From contig OZ251539.1 of the NCBI GenBank assembly GCA_965243135.1, positions 2,720,001-2,784,000 on the forward strand: a stretch of 64,000 nucleotides of DNA, written 5' to 3'. A model generated the notes under the pieces. It was not told the DNA's origin. It searched no databases and saw only the letters and a list, made by a program, of their open reading frames with translations. Below, one piece after another: positions 30,323-41,963 of the stretch; positions within the stretch are counted from its first letter, which is position 1; the number at the start of each line of letters is the position of its first letter. This DNA is from Alphaproteobacteria bacterium. Its GTDB lineage: Bacteria; Pseudomonadota; Alphaproteobacteria; MPNO01; UBA830. A program made the position numbers and the translations under genes.

Positions 30323-31705
30323 ATGTCCACGTCCCAAGACTTGGAAACCCTTCTGCAACATCGCGCCGACGTTCTCCGTCAGTTGTCCGAAGATCTTCGC
30401 CAAGGATCCCTCACCGCCCAATACCGCAAGCAAACCCGGTTGCCATTGCGCAGAGGGACCGGGGCATGGGCCGTACCTTCAACTGACCCGAAAGGTGAAG
30501 GGCAAGACGCGATGCAGGTCCGCTGCCGCGGAAGTCGTGGGCAGGAGTACAAGCAGTTTCGCGAGCTGGTCCAGCAATTGGTAAGCGCATGCGATGCGCG
30601 ATTGGACCGTTCTCGCGGCGACGAAGTAAAAAAAGCCTTCGAGGCCGTCGTCGCGGCGGAAGCGTCGTCCGAGATAAACCGCCTGGTCGGGGACGGTGTG
30701 ACGGACGACATGGAGGCTGTCGAAACCGCGGCGAAGCGAGCGGAGATCGGCGCCCGTGCCGTCGCCAAGCGGTTCAACCATTCCGACCACGTTGGACATC
30801 GCATGCGCGTCGTGTGGAGGAGAAGCCCACGGGCCGGCGCCCGAAAACCTTCACAACGGCGTTGGACGAAGTTCGACCGGACATACTACCGCTGCAACGC
30901 TTGCAACACCGGGATCTGCCCACGGGACCGGGCGATGGAAAAAACCTCCCCCGCCGCCACGCGCATGGTCGGGTTCGCAGCTTCGCAATGGCCAGTAGGA
31001 AGGAGTTGGCGGGGCTGAAGGTCGACCCCAAGATGGTCGAACGCGCCGCCGAGGCTCTCGGCACCGAAGAGGATGAACGCCAGAGGGTCGAGGTCGAACC
31101 GCCGTCCGGGCCGACCATGTATGTCGGCATGGACGGCACCGGGGTGCCGGCCAGGCAAGCAACCGGACGGTTCTTCCAAGACTCGCGAGGCCAAACTCGT
31201 CACCGTGTGGACGGCCGAAAAACAAAACGAAGGGACACCCGAACAGGGTTCGGCTCCGTCGGCATCGCCGCTACCACCGACAAGGAACTGTCGCCTTTCG
31301 CTCAACGAGTCGAGCGCGAAGCGCGCCGTCGCGGCTTCCACGACGCCGAGCGACGCGTGGTCCTGGGGGGCGCTCTGGGAACATCGCCGACGAACTGTTC
31401 CCCGACGCCACCCTTGTTCCATGCGAAACAGCACCTGTGGAGCAGGGCGAAGGAGATCTACGGTGACGGAGATCTTGCGGAAGCATGGGCAAAAAAGCAG
31501 TGCGACGCCCTCGAAGACGGTCAGGTCGACAAGGTCATCGCGGCTCTCCGCAAGCACGGCGCCGCAGGCTACCTGGAACGGAACCGCGCGCGCATGCAGT
31601 ACGCAAAGTTCCGTGCGCAGGGTTTGTCCTCCGGCGTCGTCGAGGCCGGTTGCAAGAGAACGGTCGGCAACCGTCTGAAACGGGGGCGGTGGACCGTTCG
31701 CGGCG
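30323..31705 (+). pseudogene. Degenerate ISKra4-family transposase with upstream accessory ORF
   Basis: 'YVGMDGTGVP', 'EAKL', 'FHAKQHLW', 'SGVVEAGCK..VGNRLKR..RWTVRGAN', spread over several frames. Confidence 0.85.
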
Positions 31706-32290
31706 CGAACAGCCGCTCGCTCAAGAACAAACTCCCGCGCCGGAGCACGGGCGGGCAGCCGGAGCGCCGCGCGGCGGCTTTCGCCGCACGCGCTCGAAGA
31801 CACGAAGTTCGCGCTTGCGCACGGCGACCGCGCTGATCGGCGCGAACGGCGCGAGCAAGACGACGACGCCGCTCGCGGGAATCTACCGGCCGGCTCCGGG
31901 GCACACGGACCGCCGGGGAAGGGCGGCCGCGCCGTTTACCGCTCGGCCCTTACGGGAAACGTCACGGCGTGCGGAATCTTCCTCGGGACCATGCCTCCGG
32001 AAATCCGCGAACGAACTGCCGAGGAGTTCATCGAGCCCGGCGACTGCGAGGCCGGCGCACCGGTCCGCGACCGGCGTTCGCGGCGCGTGCCTGCGCCCGA
32101 GATTCCGCCGATGGACGAGCGGGGTCGGCGACGCGGCCTTCGTCAAGAAGGCGGAGCGGCGGCTGGAGGAGGGGCGGGCGGGGCTCCTCGCGCCGGCTTC
32201 GCGCAACGCCGCCTCGCTTGAGCGGACCCGCGCAACGGGTATACTCTTGGCGGGCGGACGGGCGCGGGCGTTCGGACCTGAGGCGCCGCG
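31700..32290 (+). pseudogene. Eroded duplicate of the wzt-like gene
   Basis: Collinear with about 29410-30070 (e.g. 'gccgctcgctcaagaacaa', 'gccttcgtcaagaaggcggagcggcggctgga') with many deletions. Confidence 0.85.
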
Positions 32291-32497
32291 GGACATCGGG
32301 GTTGCTTCAGTCCCAAAGTTCCGGCATTTCTTCGAAGCCGTTCGTTTGCGTCTATGTCGAGACAGTCCATGCCTTTTGGAGAATCCAGGAAAGCGGCCGC
32401 CGCGTGCGCGGGCCTGCGCAAGGGCGGTCCGCGCGCCAAAGGGCCAATCTTCCCGTCAAGGGCAGGAAACTCACCGTCCTGCGGACGAGCCTGAAAG

Positions 32498-33517
32498 ATG
32501 AAGGTTTTGGTGACCGGCGCCGGCGGATACATCGGCACCACCCTTGTTCCCCGCTTGATCGCGGCAGACCACGACGTCAAGGCCGTGGACAGGTTCTTCT
32601 TCGGGCGGCATCTCCTGCCGGAGGCGGAACGGCTTGAAATCCTGGCCGAAGACAACCGCAAGCTGACCCGCGAGCATTTCGAGGGCGTCGACGCGGTGAT
32701 CGACCTCGCCGCCATCTCCAACGACCCGTCGGGCGAGTTGTTTCAGGAGGCGACCTGGGAGATCAACCGGGATTCGCGGGTGCGAAACGCCCGCATGGCC
32801 AAGGAAGCGGGCGCGCGCCGATACATTTTGCCGTCGTCGTGCAGCATCTACGGTTTTCAGGAAGAGGGCGTCGTCGCCGACGAAACCAGCGGCACGAATC
32901 CGCTTACCGTATACGCCCGCGCCAACGAAATGGCGGAAAAGGGCGTGTTGCCGCTTGCCGACGAAGACTTTTGCGTGGTCGTGCTGCGTCAAGCGACGGT
33001 CTACGGCCTTTCGCCGCGCATGCGGTTCGACCTCGCCATCAACGGCATGACCTTCGGCGCCTGGAAGACGGGCCGGTTGCCGCTCATGCGCGACGGCGCG
33101 CAATGGCGGCCCATGGTCCACGTGCGCGATACGGCTCGCGCGCAGACGTTCATGCTCGAAGCCGACCCCGAGAAGGTGAACGGCCGGATTTTCAACGTCG
33201 GTTCCGCCGCCAACGTCTACCAGATCGGTCCGCTCGGCGAGCTGGTCGCCCGGCGCGTCCCAAGGAAAGTGGAGATCGAATGGTACGGCGACCCCGACCG
33301 GCGAAGCTACAGGGTCGCGTTCGATCGGATCGAAGCGCTCGGCTGGCGCGCCGAAGCGACCGCCGAGGACGGCGTCGCCGAGATCTGCGAGGCGCTGGAG
33401 GCGGGAACCGTCGACAAGACCGTGCAGACCGTGACTCTCGACTGGTACAAGGAGCTGGCGCGCTGGCATCGAGTCATCCGCGAGGTCGAGATGTACGGAG
33501 GCATCGTCGAGATATGA
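32498..33517 (+). CDS. NAD-dependent epimerase/dehydratase (SDR)
   Basis: TGAGGYIG, LAAISND, SSCSIYG, PRMRFDL. Confidence 0.93.
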   Translation: MKVLVTGAGGYIGTTLVPRLIAADHDVKAVDRFFFGRHLLPEAERLEILAEDNRKLTREHFEGVDAVIDLAAISNDPSGELFQEATWEINRDSRVRNARMAKEAGARRYILPSSCSIYGFQEEGVVADETSGTNPLTVYARANEMAEKGVLPLADEDFCVVVLRQATVYGLSPRMRFDLAINGMTFGAWKTGRLPLMRDGAQWRPMVHVRDTARAQTFMLEADPEKVNGRIFNVGSAANVYQIGPLGELVARRVPRKVEIEWYGDPDRRSYRVAFDRIEALGWRAEATAEDGVAEICEALEAGTVDKTVQTVTLDWYKELARWHRVIREVEMYGGIVEI

Positions 33518-34431
33518 AGGCGCTGCTGCTGGGGCCGAACGGGCAGTTCGGGCACGACATCCGGCGCGCTCACATGGAGGCCGGAGAGCCGTTCGAGCTC
33601 GCTCCGCTGGCGCGGGACCGACTCGACGCGTCGTCGCCGCGGGCGGTGGAACGCGCGCTCGGCGAGCTCGAGTTCGACGCTCTCGTCAATTGCACCGGAT
33701 ATCACAAGACGGACGAGGTCGAGGACAACGCCAACCTGGGCTTCAGCGTCAACGCGCATGCGGTGCATGCGATGGCGCGGGCGTGCGCCGCCGAGCGCGC
33801 CGTGTTCGTCCACGTCAGCACCGACTACGTGTTCGGAGGCGACGCGGGCCGCGCGCGGCCGTTGCGGGAAAACGATCCGGTCGCGCCAGTCAACGTCTAC
33901 GGCGCCACCAAGGCGATGGGGGAAACTCTGGCCAGACTCGCTTGCGAGAACGCCGTCATCCTCCGCGTGGCTTCCCTGTTCGGGACGGCGGGAGCGAGCG
34001 GCAAGGGGGGGAATTTTGTCGAAACGATAATCGGCGCCGGGAAGGAGAAGGGAGCGCTGCGGGTGGTCGACGACCAGACCATGTCGCCGACCGCCACCGC
34101 GGACGCGGCGCGCGTCGTTCTGCGGATTCTCGCGAGCGGCTGCGCCCCCGGGATTTATCACTTGGTCAACGACGGCGCGGCGACCTGGTTCGAATTCGCC
34201 CGCGAAATCGTCCGCCTCGCCGGAATCGAGGCTGTCGTGACGCCCTGCGCGAGCGACGAGCGTCCTGCCCGCGCCCTGCGCCCGCGGTACAGCGCGCTCG
34301 ACAACGCCAGGATCTCGGCCGCGTTCGGCAGCCTGCCGCCATGGCAAGAAGCGCTCGAGCGCTATTTGATCGCCAAGGGACACCGCACGCCGACGGCGGG
34401 CGGAGCGGTCCCCGGAGGGGCGCCGCGATGA
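33514..34431 (+). CDS. rfbD: dTDP-4-dehydrorhamnose reductase
   Basis: GPNGQFG, HVSTDYVF, NVYGATK, DDQTMSPT, RPRYSAL. Confidence 0.92.
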   Translation: MKALLLGPNGQFGHDIRRAHMEAGEPFELAPLARDRLDASSPRAVERALGELEFDALVNCTGYHKTDEVEDNANLGFSVNAHAVHAMARACAAERAVFVHVSTDYVFGGDAGRARPLRENDPVAPVNVYGATKAMGETLARLACENAVILRVASLFGTAGASGKGGNFVETIIGAGKEKGALRVVDDQTMSPTATADAARVVLRILASGCAPGIYHLVNDGAATWFEFAREIVRLAGIEAVVTPCASDERPARALRPRYSALDNARISAAFGSLPPWQEALERYLIAKGHRTPTAGGAVPGGAPR

Positions 34432-34770
34432 AGGGCATCGGCCGGAGGGGAAGGAACGCGCCTGCATCCCGTGACGAGCGCGGTAAGCAAGCAGCTCCTG
34501 CCGGTCTACGACAAGCCGATGCTATCCGTTGAGCACGCTGGCGGGAATTCGGGACATTCCGGTGATCTGCGCGCCGCAGCACGGCGCGGCCTTCAAGCGG
34601 CTTCTCGGCGACGGCAGCCAGTGGGGCCTCGCGCTCCGCCATGCCGTGCAGCCGCGCCCCGAAGGGCGGGCGCAGGCCTTCCTCATCGGCAGGGACTTCC
34701 GGCGATTCCTGCGCCCTGGCCCTCGGGGACAACATCTTCTACGGGCACGGCCTGACGGAGAAATTCAGAA
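34428..34770 (+). pseudogene. rfbA: Truncated, frameshifted glucose-1-phosphate thymidylyltransferase
   Basis: 'MKGI', '[13 protein letters not shown]', 'LLGDGSQWG', '[13 protein letters not shown]' in different frames; cut at a transposon remnant. Confidence 0.88.
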
Positions 34771-34782
34771 CTCCTGACATCG

Positions 34783-36640
34783 TTAGATTTCAACTGGACA
34801 GTTCCTCGAAGACCAAGCGCATATCCGTTCCGGGATAGACGTGACGTTGCCGTACGGTCGTTTCGCAGAGTTCCCGAAGCGCCTTGTTGAAGCGGGGCTG
34901 CGACATGGAATGGAAGCGCACGGTGAGGGTTTCGCCGTCCGGTGTCGGCAGGGGTTCGGAACAGGGTCTGGAGGAAAGCGCGGCCTTCGTCTTCGTTGCG
35001 GTTCAGCGCAGGGAGGGCGAACATCGCGCTTTCGGCTCGGTAGGCGGCCATTCTGACGAGGTCGGTGAAGATCTTGCGCTCGGGTTCGAGCCTGACGATC
35101 TCCTCCTCGTCCATCGGTTCCTTGACCGGCACCCTCTCCGGCAAGGTTTTCAAGCGCTCCTCGCATTCTCCGATCTCCGCTTCGAGCTCCCTGCTCTTCC
35201 GGCCTTTCCGTTCGTTCTTCCATTGCTGCCTACGCCCCACTTTCCCTTCCAGCCGTCTCCTTCCGGCACTCCGCGTACAGCGGGTTCGGGGTCATCCGCT
35301 CGGCCGCTTCGACGTTGTAGGTGCAAGGATGATCGAGCGCGTACTCGTGGCGCACGAAAGAAGTTCTCCTGGTTCCAGCGCGCGAACATCCGGGAGGCGA
35401 CTTCGACCATCGGCAGATCCCGGCGCGTGGTCACGGTCTGGTGGCCGTTGACGCACAGCCGCCACACCTCGCGCAACCTGTTCTTGCCGATGCGCGTCTC
35501 GCGCTCGGACAGAAGATAGACTGCGTCGGACGAAGGGGCCTCGACCTCGACGAAGTCTTCCTCCGGCCACGGAGCGTAACGACCTTAAGTCATAACGTCG
35601 AACCCTTCCGACGCCCAGCGCTCGAACGTCTCCGGGCTCCACCCGCCGCGGTCGAACGCGACGGTCACGCGTTCCGCAACGAGCTCCCGCACATGCGGCA
35701 AGATGTCGTTGTCCATTGCCGCCAGCAGGTTGTCGTTGGCTTCCGCGGTCACGAAGAACAACGGCTGCGCCCGCGCATCGTTGACCCCGATCGTCGCCGG
35801 CATGCACAGGCGTCGCCGCGGCACGAAGGTCTTGGGAAGTCGGTGCTTGCGCCCATGGTAGGGACGGACATGCCCGTCGACGTACAGGTAGCCCAATGCT
35901 TCGGCTTCCGTCCAGCGCCGTGTGAACCTGTCGGCCAGACGGTCCGCAAGTCCGCGTTCGGCCCTTCAACTTGCGACGCAGCGTCTTCATCTCGGGCGCC
36001 CGGTCGAGATCCAGCAGCAGGCCGGGTTCGCCCGGCGCGTGTCTTTTGAGTTGCTCGGGACTCTTGATCCGCAGCAACGCCATGAACGCCAGCGTCAACA
36101 ACACGCTATGCAGCCCGAAAAAGCCTTTCCGGAGCCGGCCGTAAACCTCTTCCGTCACGAGCCCTTCTTGCATGAGCGCCGGCAGCGCCAGAAGCACGCC
36201 GGCGCAGGGGACCGCCTCCGCCGCCTCGAACCGCACCGGCGCTTCTTCGAGCTCGCCGACAGCGGCCAGCGCCCGCGACCCTCTTGACGGCAATCCCGCC
36301 GGAGCACTGTCCGTCGGCCGCCGAGCGCGTCGAAGGCTGCGAACCCCGCGGCTCCTCGTCGATCCGCGCGAGAGCGCCGCGTTGTACGGCTTATCGCCGC
36401 GCCTGAAACGCCCGCTTCCTTTGCCCCCGCATTTTGCGAACGCCCCTTGTCGAGCGTCTGCTGCGCCCGCTCCAAGGTGTCGCCCGTCAGCTTGTGTGCA
36501 GCCCGAGGCCCGCGCTTCTTGCGGAAGGCCGCCAGGTCGCCGGAACGATACAGGTCCCGGTTGCTGCGTCGTCCGGGACATCCCGAAAGCGCGCGCCAAC
36601 GCCGATACCTTCGCCAACCCAAGATCGCTCAGCACTCCCT
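34783..36640 (-). pseudogene. Degenerate HTH-containing putative transposase
   Basis: 'LRIKSPEQLK...LDRAPEMKTLRRKL', 'YVDGHVRPYHG', 'MFARWNQENFF', 'RMAAYRAES' across frames. Confidence 0.75.
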
Positions 36641-36885
36641 GGGCGAGGCGCCGCCCAAGGCGTCGGGTCGGTACGAATCGCGCAGCGTTGTGTTATTCCG
36701 TCGAAACCAGCCCCAAAAAAACTACCCAAAACACGGAGAAATTCCACGACGCGATAGGATCCGCACTTTCCGCGACCCCTTACGAGCTCGACTGAGCGCC
36801 GCCCACACCGTAAATGTAGTGCCTAGCCACGAAGGTGAATCCTTAAAATTCAGATGTTTATAGCCGAGGACCGTCGAAGTCAGGG

Positions 36886-38039
36886 GCAAAATCCTCCGCA
36901 TCGCCACCGCCCTCGGCGCCGGCACGGTCACCGTCGGGCTCGTCGCCATCCTGGTCAAGCTCCTGTAACGAGAGGCGTTTGCGCCGCAGCAACCCCGCCA
37001 GGGCGACAGGCCCTTTGCGGGAGCCGTCGTTGCCGACGGACGAATCGCCGCGGCGCGCGTCTCCCTCCCGGGCGCCGGACTTTTGCGGACCGCCCTTCGC
37101 CCGGCGGTTCGTCGGCAAGGCGGCGTCGAGGCGGCCGCGGCGAGAGCGGCTTGCGGTTCCGTAATTTTCCGGGCGGAGTCCTGCGAGCGCCGCGACGGCG
37201 AGGCCGCGCAGATTCTCGACTTCCGCGAGGCCCGTCTTGCGGACGTCGGCCATCTTCGGAAAGCGCGGGCGGACCGTCCCGTTGGCGCGCTCGTTCAGCC
37301 CGCGTCGTCGGCGCGGGCGAGCGAAGAAAAACGACGCAGCTTCCGCGACCTTCTTGCGGGTCGCGAACTCCTTGCCGCCCGCGTGCGCGAACACCTCGAC
37401 CGGACGCGCGCCCGTTTCCTCGGTCGGCCGACCGCCAGGCGCGGCCAGCGACGCAAACCTGGAGGCACGATCCGCAGGCGGCAGCGCGGCGCGGCCGTGT
37501 CGCCATCCGGGGCTTCCCGGCCCTCGGACGCATGTCCACCCGACGCGGGCGCGGCGCTTCCCGCCGCTTCGCCAGGAGCGCCGCCGACTTCTTGTCGTCC
37601 TCCGCGCGCCGGCAGGTCCGTTGACCGCGAATCCGCCGCGCGGAAGACCTGCCGAGATTCTCGATATAGCTCGCCGTCACTGGGAAAACCGGCACGTTCG
37701 CGACATGACTTACGACGAGGATCGCCGCCGTAACCACGTCGGCGGCAGTGCCCGTACACTCGCTCGCAACGCCTCCATCGTTCGGTTGCGCGGACGTTTC
37801 GACTCCGCAGGCTCACCGGCACTACGACCCGCGCCAGGGCCGTTCGAGAGCTGACCACGGAGATCTTCTGACGCCCGACGGCGGCCTCGCCTCTCGCACC
37901 GCCGCCTGCCGCCACCCCTGCCGTCTCGCCGGTCTCGCACCACCGCCTCGCGCCGCCATCGTCTCGCCGATCTCGCGCCGCTGACGCCTCCTCGCGGGCA
38001 GCGCTTGGCAATGACCGCGCCATTCTTGAATTCGCCCTG
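36886..38039 (+). repeat. About 1.1-kb block (DUF1640 3' end + IS30 remnant + ISAs1 remnant), duplicated at 57125-58239
   Basis: Direct similarity to 57125-58239; IS30-like 'GKEFA...RGLNERANG...FPK' on minus, ISAs1-like 'HWENRHVRDMTYDED' on plus. Confidence 0.88.
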
Positions 38040-38092
38040 CCTGCCGCCGCCGACTTCTTAACGGTTCCAGCGCGGCGGCCTACCCTCTTCGA

Positions 38093-39372
38093 ATGACGAA
38101 ACGCATGCTCGGCTTGACCTCCCTCCGGAAAATCCGGACGAGGGACTGCTACTACGTCGACAAGACGGACCATGCGCACCGCCTCGTCGAGAGGGGCAAG
38201 TGCTATTTCCTGTCGCGTCCGCGCCGGTTCGACAAGACCCTGCTGGTGGACACGCTGCAGGAGTTGTTCGAAGGAAGCGAGGAGCTGTTCCGGGGCCTCG
38301 CCGTGCACGGCGGGTGGGACTGGTCGATACGTCATCCTGTCGTGCGGATCAGCTTCGGCGGGGGCAATTTCGACTCCCCGGACCTCGTTCGGAGCAACGT
38401 GGAAGATCAGTTGGAGGAAACGGAGCGGCTGGCCGGCCTCGAACCGGGTCCCGCCGGGGCGGCGGTCCGTTTCCGGCGCCTGCGCTGCACGACCGCGCCG
38501 GGCAGCGGGCGGTCGTGCTGGTGGACGAACAAGCCGGTCCGCGCTCGGCGACCGGGAACTGGCGCTGGCCAACCGCGACTTCCTGCGCGGCTTCTACGCG
38601 ATGATCAAGGATTGCGACAGGCAGCTCCGTTTCGTTTTCCTGACGGGGGTGAGCAAATTCTCGAAGGTGGGCCTGTTCTCGGGCCTGAACAACCTGCGTC
38701 ACGCTGGAGCCGGAATTCTCGGACATCTGCGGCTGCACGGACGCGGAGCTGGACGCGGCCTTCGCCCCGGAACTCAAGGGCCTGGACCGGGACGAGGTCC
38801 GACGCTGGTACAACGGCTACAACTGGCGCGGGCCGGAGAGGGTCTACAATCCGTTCGGCCTGCTGCTGCTGTTTCGGCGGCGCGAGTTCCGCCCGTACTG
38901 GTTCGAGAGCGGCACGCCGACCTTCCTGGTCGAGACGCTGGCGCACCGCAACCTGCCCACTCCCCGCCTGGACGGCATGATCGGCAGCGAGAGCCTGCTC
39001 TCGGCCTTCGACGTGGACAGGGTCTCGGCCGAGGCGCTTCTGTTCCAGACCGGCTACCTCACCATCGTCGGCGAAGAAAGCAGGCGCTACAGGCTGGGCT
39101 ACCCGAACCTCAAGGTGCGCCGGAGCCTGGGCGAGGCCTTGCTGGAAGAACTGCTTCTGGACGAGGCCCGCGAGGAGACGGAGAACCTGCGGCTGGGCGA
39201 ACTGCTGGAGGCGAACGATTTCAAGCGTCTCGAAACCCTGTTCCGCGGCATTTTCGCCCCGCACCAATGGTACATGAACAGCCCGGTGTACGAAGCCCAC
39301 TACGCGAGCGTCCAGTTGCTTGGAGGGCCTCGAGCCGGTGGCCGAGGACAGCGGCAGCCGGGGGCGCGCCGA
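38093..39372 (+). pseudogene. AAA-ATPase-like + PD-(D/E)XK nuclease, frameshifted copy 1
   Basis: YYVDKT, LSRPRRF, FLTGVSKF, WYNGY, LLFQTGYLTI split over frames. Confidence 0.9.
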
Positions 39373-39395
39373 CGTAGTTACACAGCAAATAGACC

Positions 39396-39644
39396 GTCAC
39401 CCCGCGACCGAACGCTTACGCCGAAGAGGCCGACTTCAGGCGTTTCAGCTCGTTCAGCGCAGCCCCAGCGGCGCTGCGTTAACGCCGCCCTTGCCTCCCC
39501 GCGACGCGTGCGACTCGTTCCGCAGGGGGCGTTGCCGATGGCAAAGCCCCTGTCCGTCGGTCGCAAGTGCGCACCCGTGTCCGGTCCTCGGACGAAATTT
39601 TCTTCATCCCCCGGGTAGCGAACGCTTACCGATCGAACGCTTAC
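39396..39644. mobile_element. Stacked ends of the non-autonomous element (B end at 39419, A end at 39629, extra cgaacgcttac at 39634-39644)
   Basis: gtcaccccgcgaccgaacgcttac and cccgggtagcgaacgcttac motifs. Confidence 0.8.
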
Positions 39645-39646
39645 GC

Positions 39647-40325
39647 TTATTGGCAGGAATCTCTCAATTTCTCATATGCGATAAATGTTTCATCAACAGC
39701 CTTTTTCAAACCGTCAATATAAGATTTAACAATAGTTGTATGCAGTAGAACTAAAGAATTCCAAGAAATGATCTTAATCTTTTCCTCTACATTCATTATA
39801 TCTGATAGATCAGTCACAATAAATCCAAAGTCTTTCTGGGATGACTTCGGTTCGCGAGTATTCGCTAACCCAGACTTCCATAAGGGTTCTGAGGGTGTTA
39901 TTGCCTTATAGGTACTATTTTCTAGCTTGGCCATCCCCACTATACCCTTAGATATATGTTCGATGAGCTCTGCTTTTGATTTTTGATCTGCAACTTTTTT
40001 TAGCACTCTATTTGTCGGAATTAAATATGCCTTTTTCCTAGTTTTTATCGCACTATAGTCTGAAAAATGCGCTGTGATTTCGCGAACAACTACCTAAAAT
40101 CATATTTTATATAGTTGCCAGTCCCGAGTATTTTTATTTTTCGAGGTTCTTCGAGGGGACCATTGAAAGAGTTTGCTGATTCCTCAGGAAAAAATCCAGT
40201 AATTTCACGAAATTTATCATTAGAATAATGTCTCCATTTTTCATTATTTTTGATACAATTTATACTCTTCGTGATCGAGTCCCAATTAAAATTGGATACC
40301 GCATGGTTTCCGTCAATTCTAGCTT
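39647..40325 (-). pseudogene. AT-rich foreign gene fragment of unknown function
   Basis: Abrupt drop in GC; two adjacent minus-strand open frames (39647-40006, 40090-40350). Confidence 0.5.
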
Positions 40326-40597
40326 GTCGCAGCCCGGCGTCCGGCGTCATGCCGTCATCGTCGATGCCCGACCACCTCGAGAAGCCTCTTCAACGTCCTC
40401 ACGAGGTCGGCGTGGGCCGACGAATTCGTGGCCGTTTCGCCGGGATCTTGCGAGAGGTTGAACAGCTGCAGCGGCAAAGGTCTGGCCCGGGGCGCGTGAA
40501 GTCGCCGTGCCGTGCGGCCCCGGACATGGCGGGAAGGCTGGCCGAGAGTGGAGGCGTCGCTCGTGGCCCCGAAGAGCGGCGCGTGGCGCGCGGCTCA

Positions 40598-40815
40598 AGT
40601 TCGTTCGCCGAAGAGGCCGACTTCAGGCGTTTCAGCTCGTTGCGTGCCGTCTCGGCGGCGCTGCGTTAACGCCGCCCTTGCCTCCGCGCGACGCGCGCGC
40701 CCCGTCCCGCCGGGGCGTTGCCGACGGCAAAGCCCCCGTCCGTCGGTCGCAAGTGCGCACCCGCGTCCGGTCCCCGGACGAAATTTTCCTCGTCCCCCGG
40801 GCAGCGAACGCTTAC
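40598..40815 (-). mobile_element. Partial non-autonomous element (A end at 40815)
   Basis: Matches 39420-39629 and about 54390-54655. Confidence 0.8.
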
Positions 40816-40950
40816 GACGGACAAACCCCCGCCGAGTACCGTCACTCACTGACAGCAAAGGAAACCCCACCGTCTCTGGTGAACCTAGACATACTCCTTG
40901 ATCGAAGCTCTCTTCCGTCTTATGGTAATCAACCCACCGTGGAGCAAGCC

Positions 40951-41175
40951 ATGACCGCCACCACCTTCAACCCGCTCGAAGTCGCCCGCGAACTCGAAGC
41001 GGCTGGAGTCGAACGCCGTCAAGCCGAAGCTATCGCCGAAGGGATGCGCCAGGCCGCTACCGCCGACCATGATGCACTCGCGACCAAGGCCGATATCGCG
41101 ACGCTGCGATGGATGTTCGGCTTCCTGGCGGCGCTCAATCTCGCGATGGCCGCCAAGCTGTTCAGCATCGTCTAA
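40951..41175 (+). CDS. DUF1640/CCDC90-like small membrane-anchored protein
   Basis: 'FNPLEVARELEAAGVERRQAEAIA...LATKADI..LRWM' plus C-terminal TM; GGAG RBS. Confidence 0.82.
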   Translation: MTATTFNPLEVARELEAAGVERRQAEAIAEGMRQAATADHDALATKADIATLRWMFGFLAALNLAMAAKLFSIV

Positions 41176-41963
41176 CCCGCATATTTCGGTGCGCCGTGGA
41201 AAGGCGCTCTCTTTCGGTGGGCGCGACGACCTTGTCGATCTGACCGTCTTCAAGGACGTCGCACTGCTTTTTTCGCTCGCCCCTTCAAGTTTGAAGCGCA
41301 ACGCGCGTGGTGGCTGACCGACCGTTTTCATGTTGCGGAGAGGTCAGGCGGGTGAGTTCAAAAACGGAGGCCAACGCCCGCCGTTTCCGGTTTCGCTTTC
41401 GCGAGCCGCTTCGGTTGACGGCTTCGAACGAGCCATGGTTTTCGGCGGCGGAAGTCCGCTCGCTCGACCGGACGACGCTCTCGTTCGACGGAACCGCTGC
41501 CTGACGTTCAGGCGTCTCGCCGCTTGCGGCGCATGTCGTCGCGCGCCTCCGGCGCCGAACCAGCTGCAGGTGCGAGGCCTGCCGCGACAATCGTCGTCGC
41601 GCGGCTTTCCCTGGCGAGGGCGCTTGCCGTCGCGTTGCGTCGGCCCTGGTTTCCTCGGCGAGGGCGTCGACCTTGCCGTCGAGGCTCGCGAAGCCGGCGT
41701 CGTTGTCGACGCGCGTCGCCTTTGGCGGCGGCGTCTTCCGTCGGCGTTCGCCCGCGGCATCCAGGCCGCGCGTTGAGCGCGTCGAACGCGCTCGCCTCGG
41801 CGGAGCAGGATTTCCGCGGAACGACAGCTTCGCTCGCCTCCGCGCTTTTCCCCGCCGGCGGCCCGTGCCGCCGCGGAAACTGCCGGCTGCTTGCCGCGCC
41901 AGGGGACGCGCCTGCCGCCGCCGACTTCTTGACGGCTCCGGCGCGGCGGCCTACCCTCTTCGA

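Noticed and set aside
40347-40500. Possible sulfatase C-terminal fragment (PLQLFNLSQDPGE) on the minus strand
   Set aside because: Too short to support as a feature.
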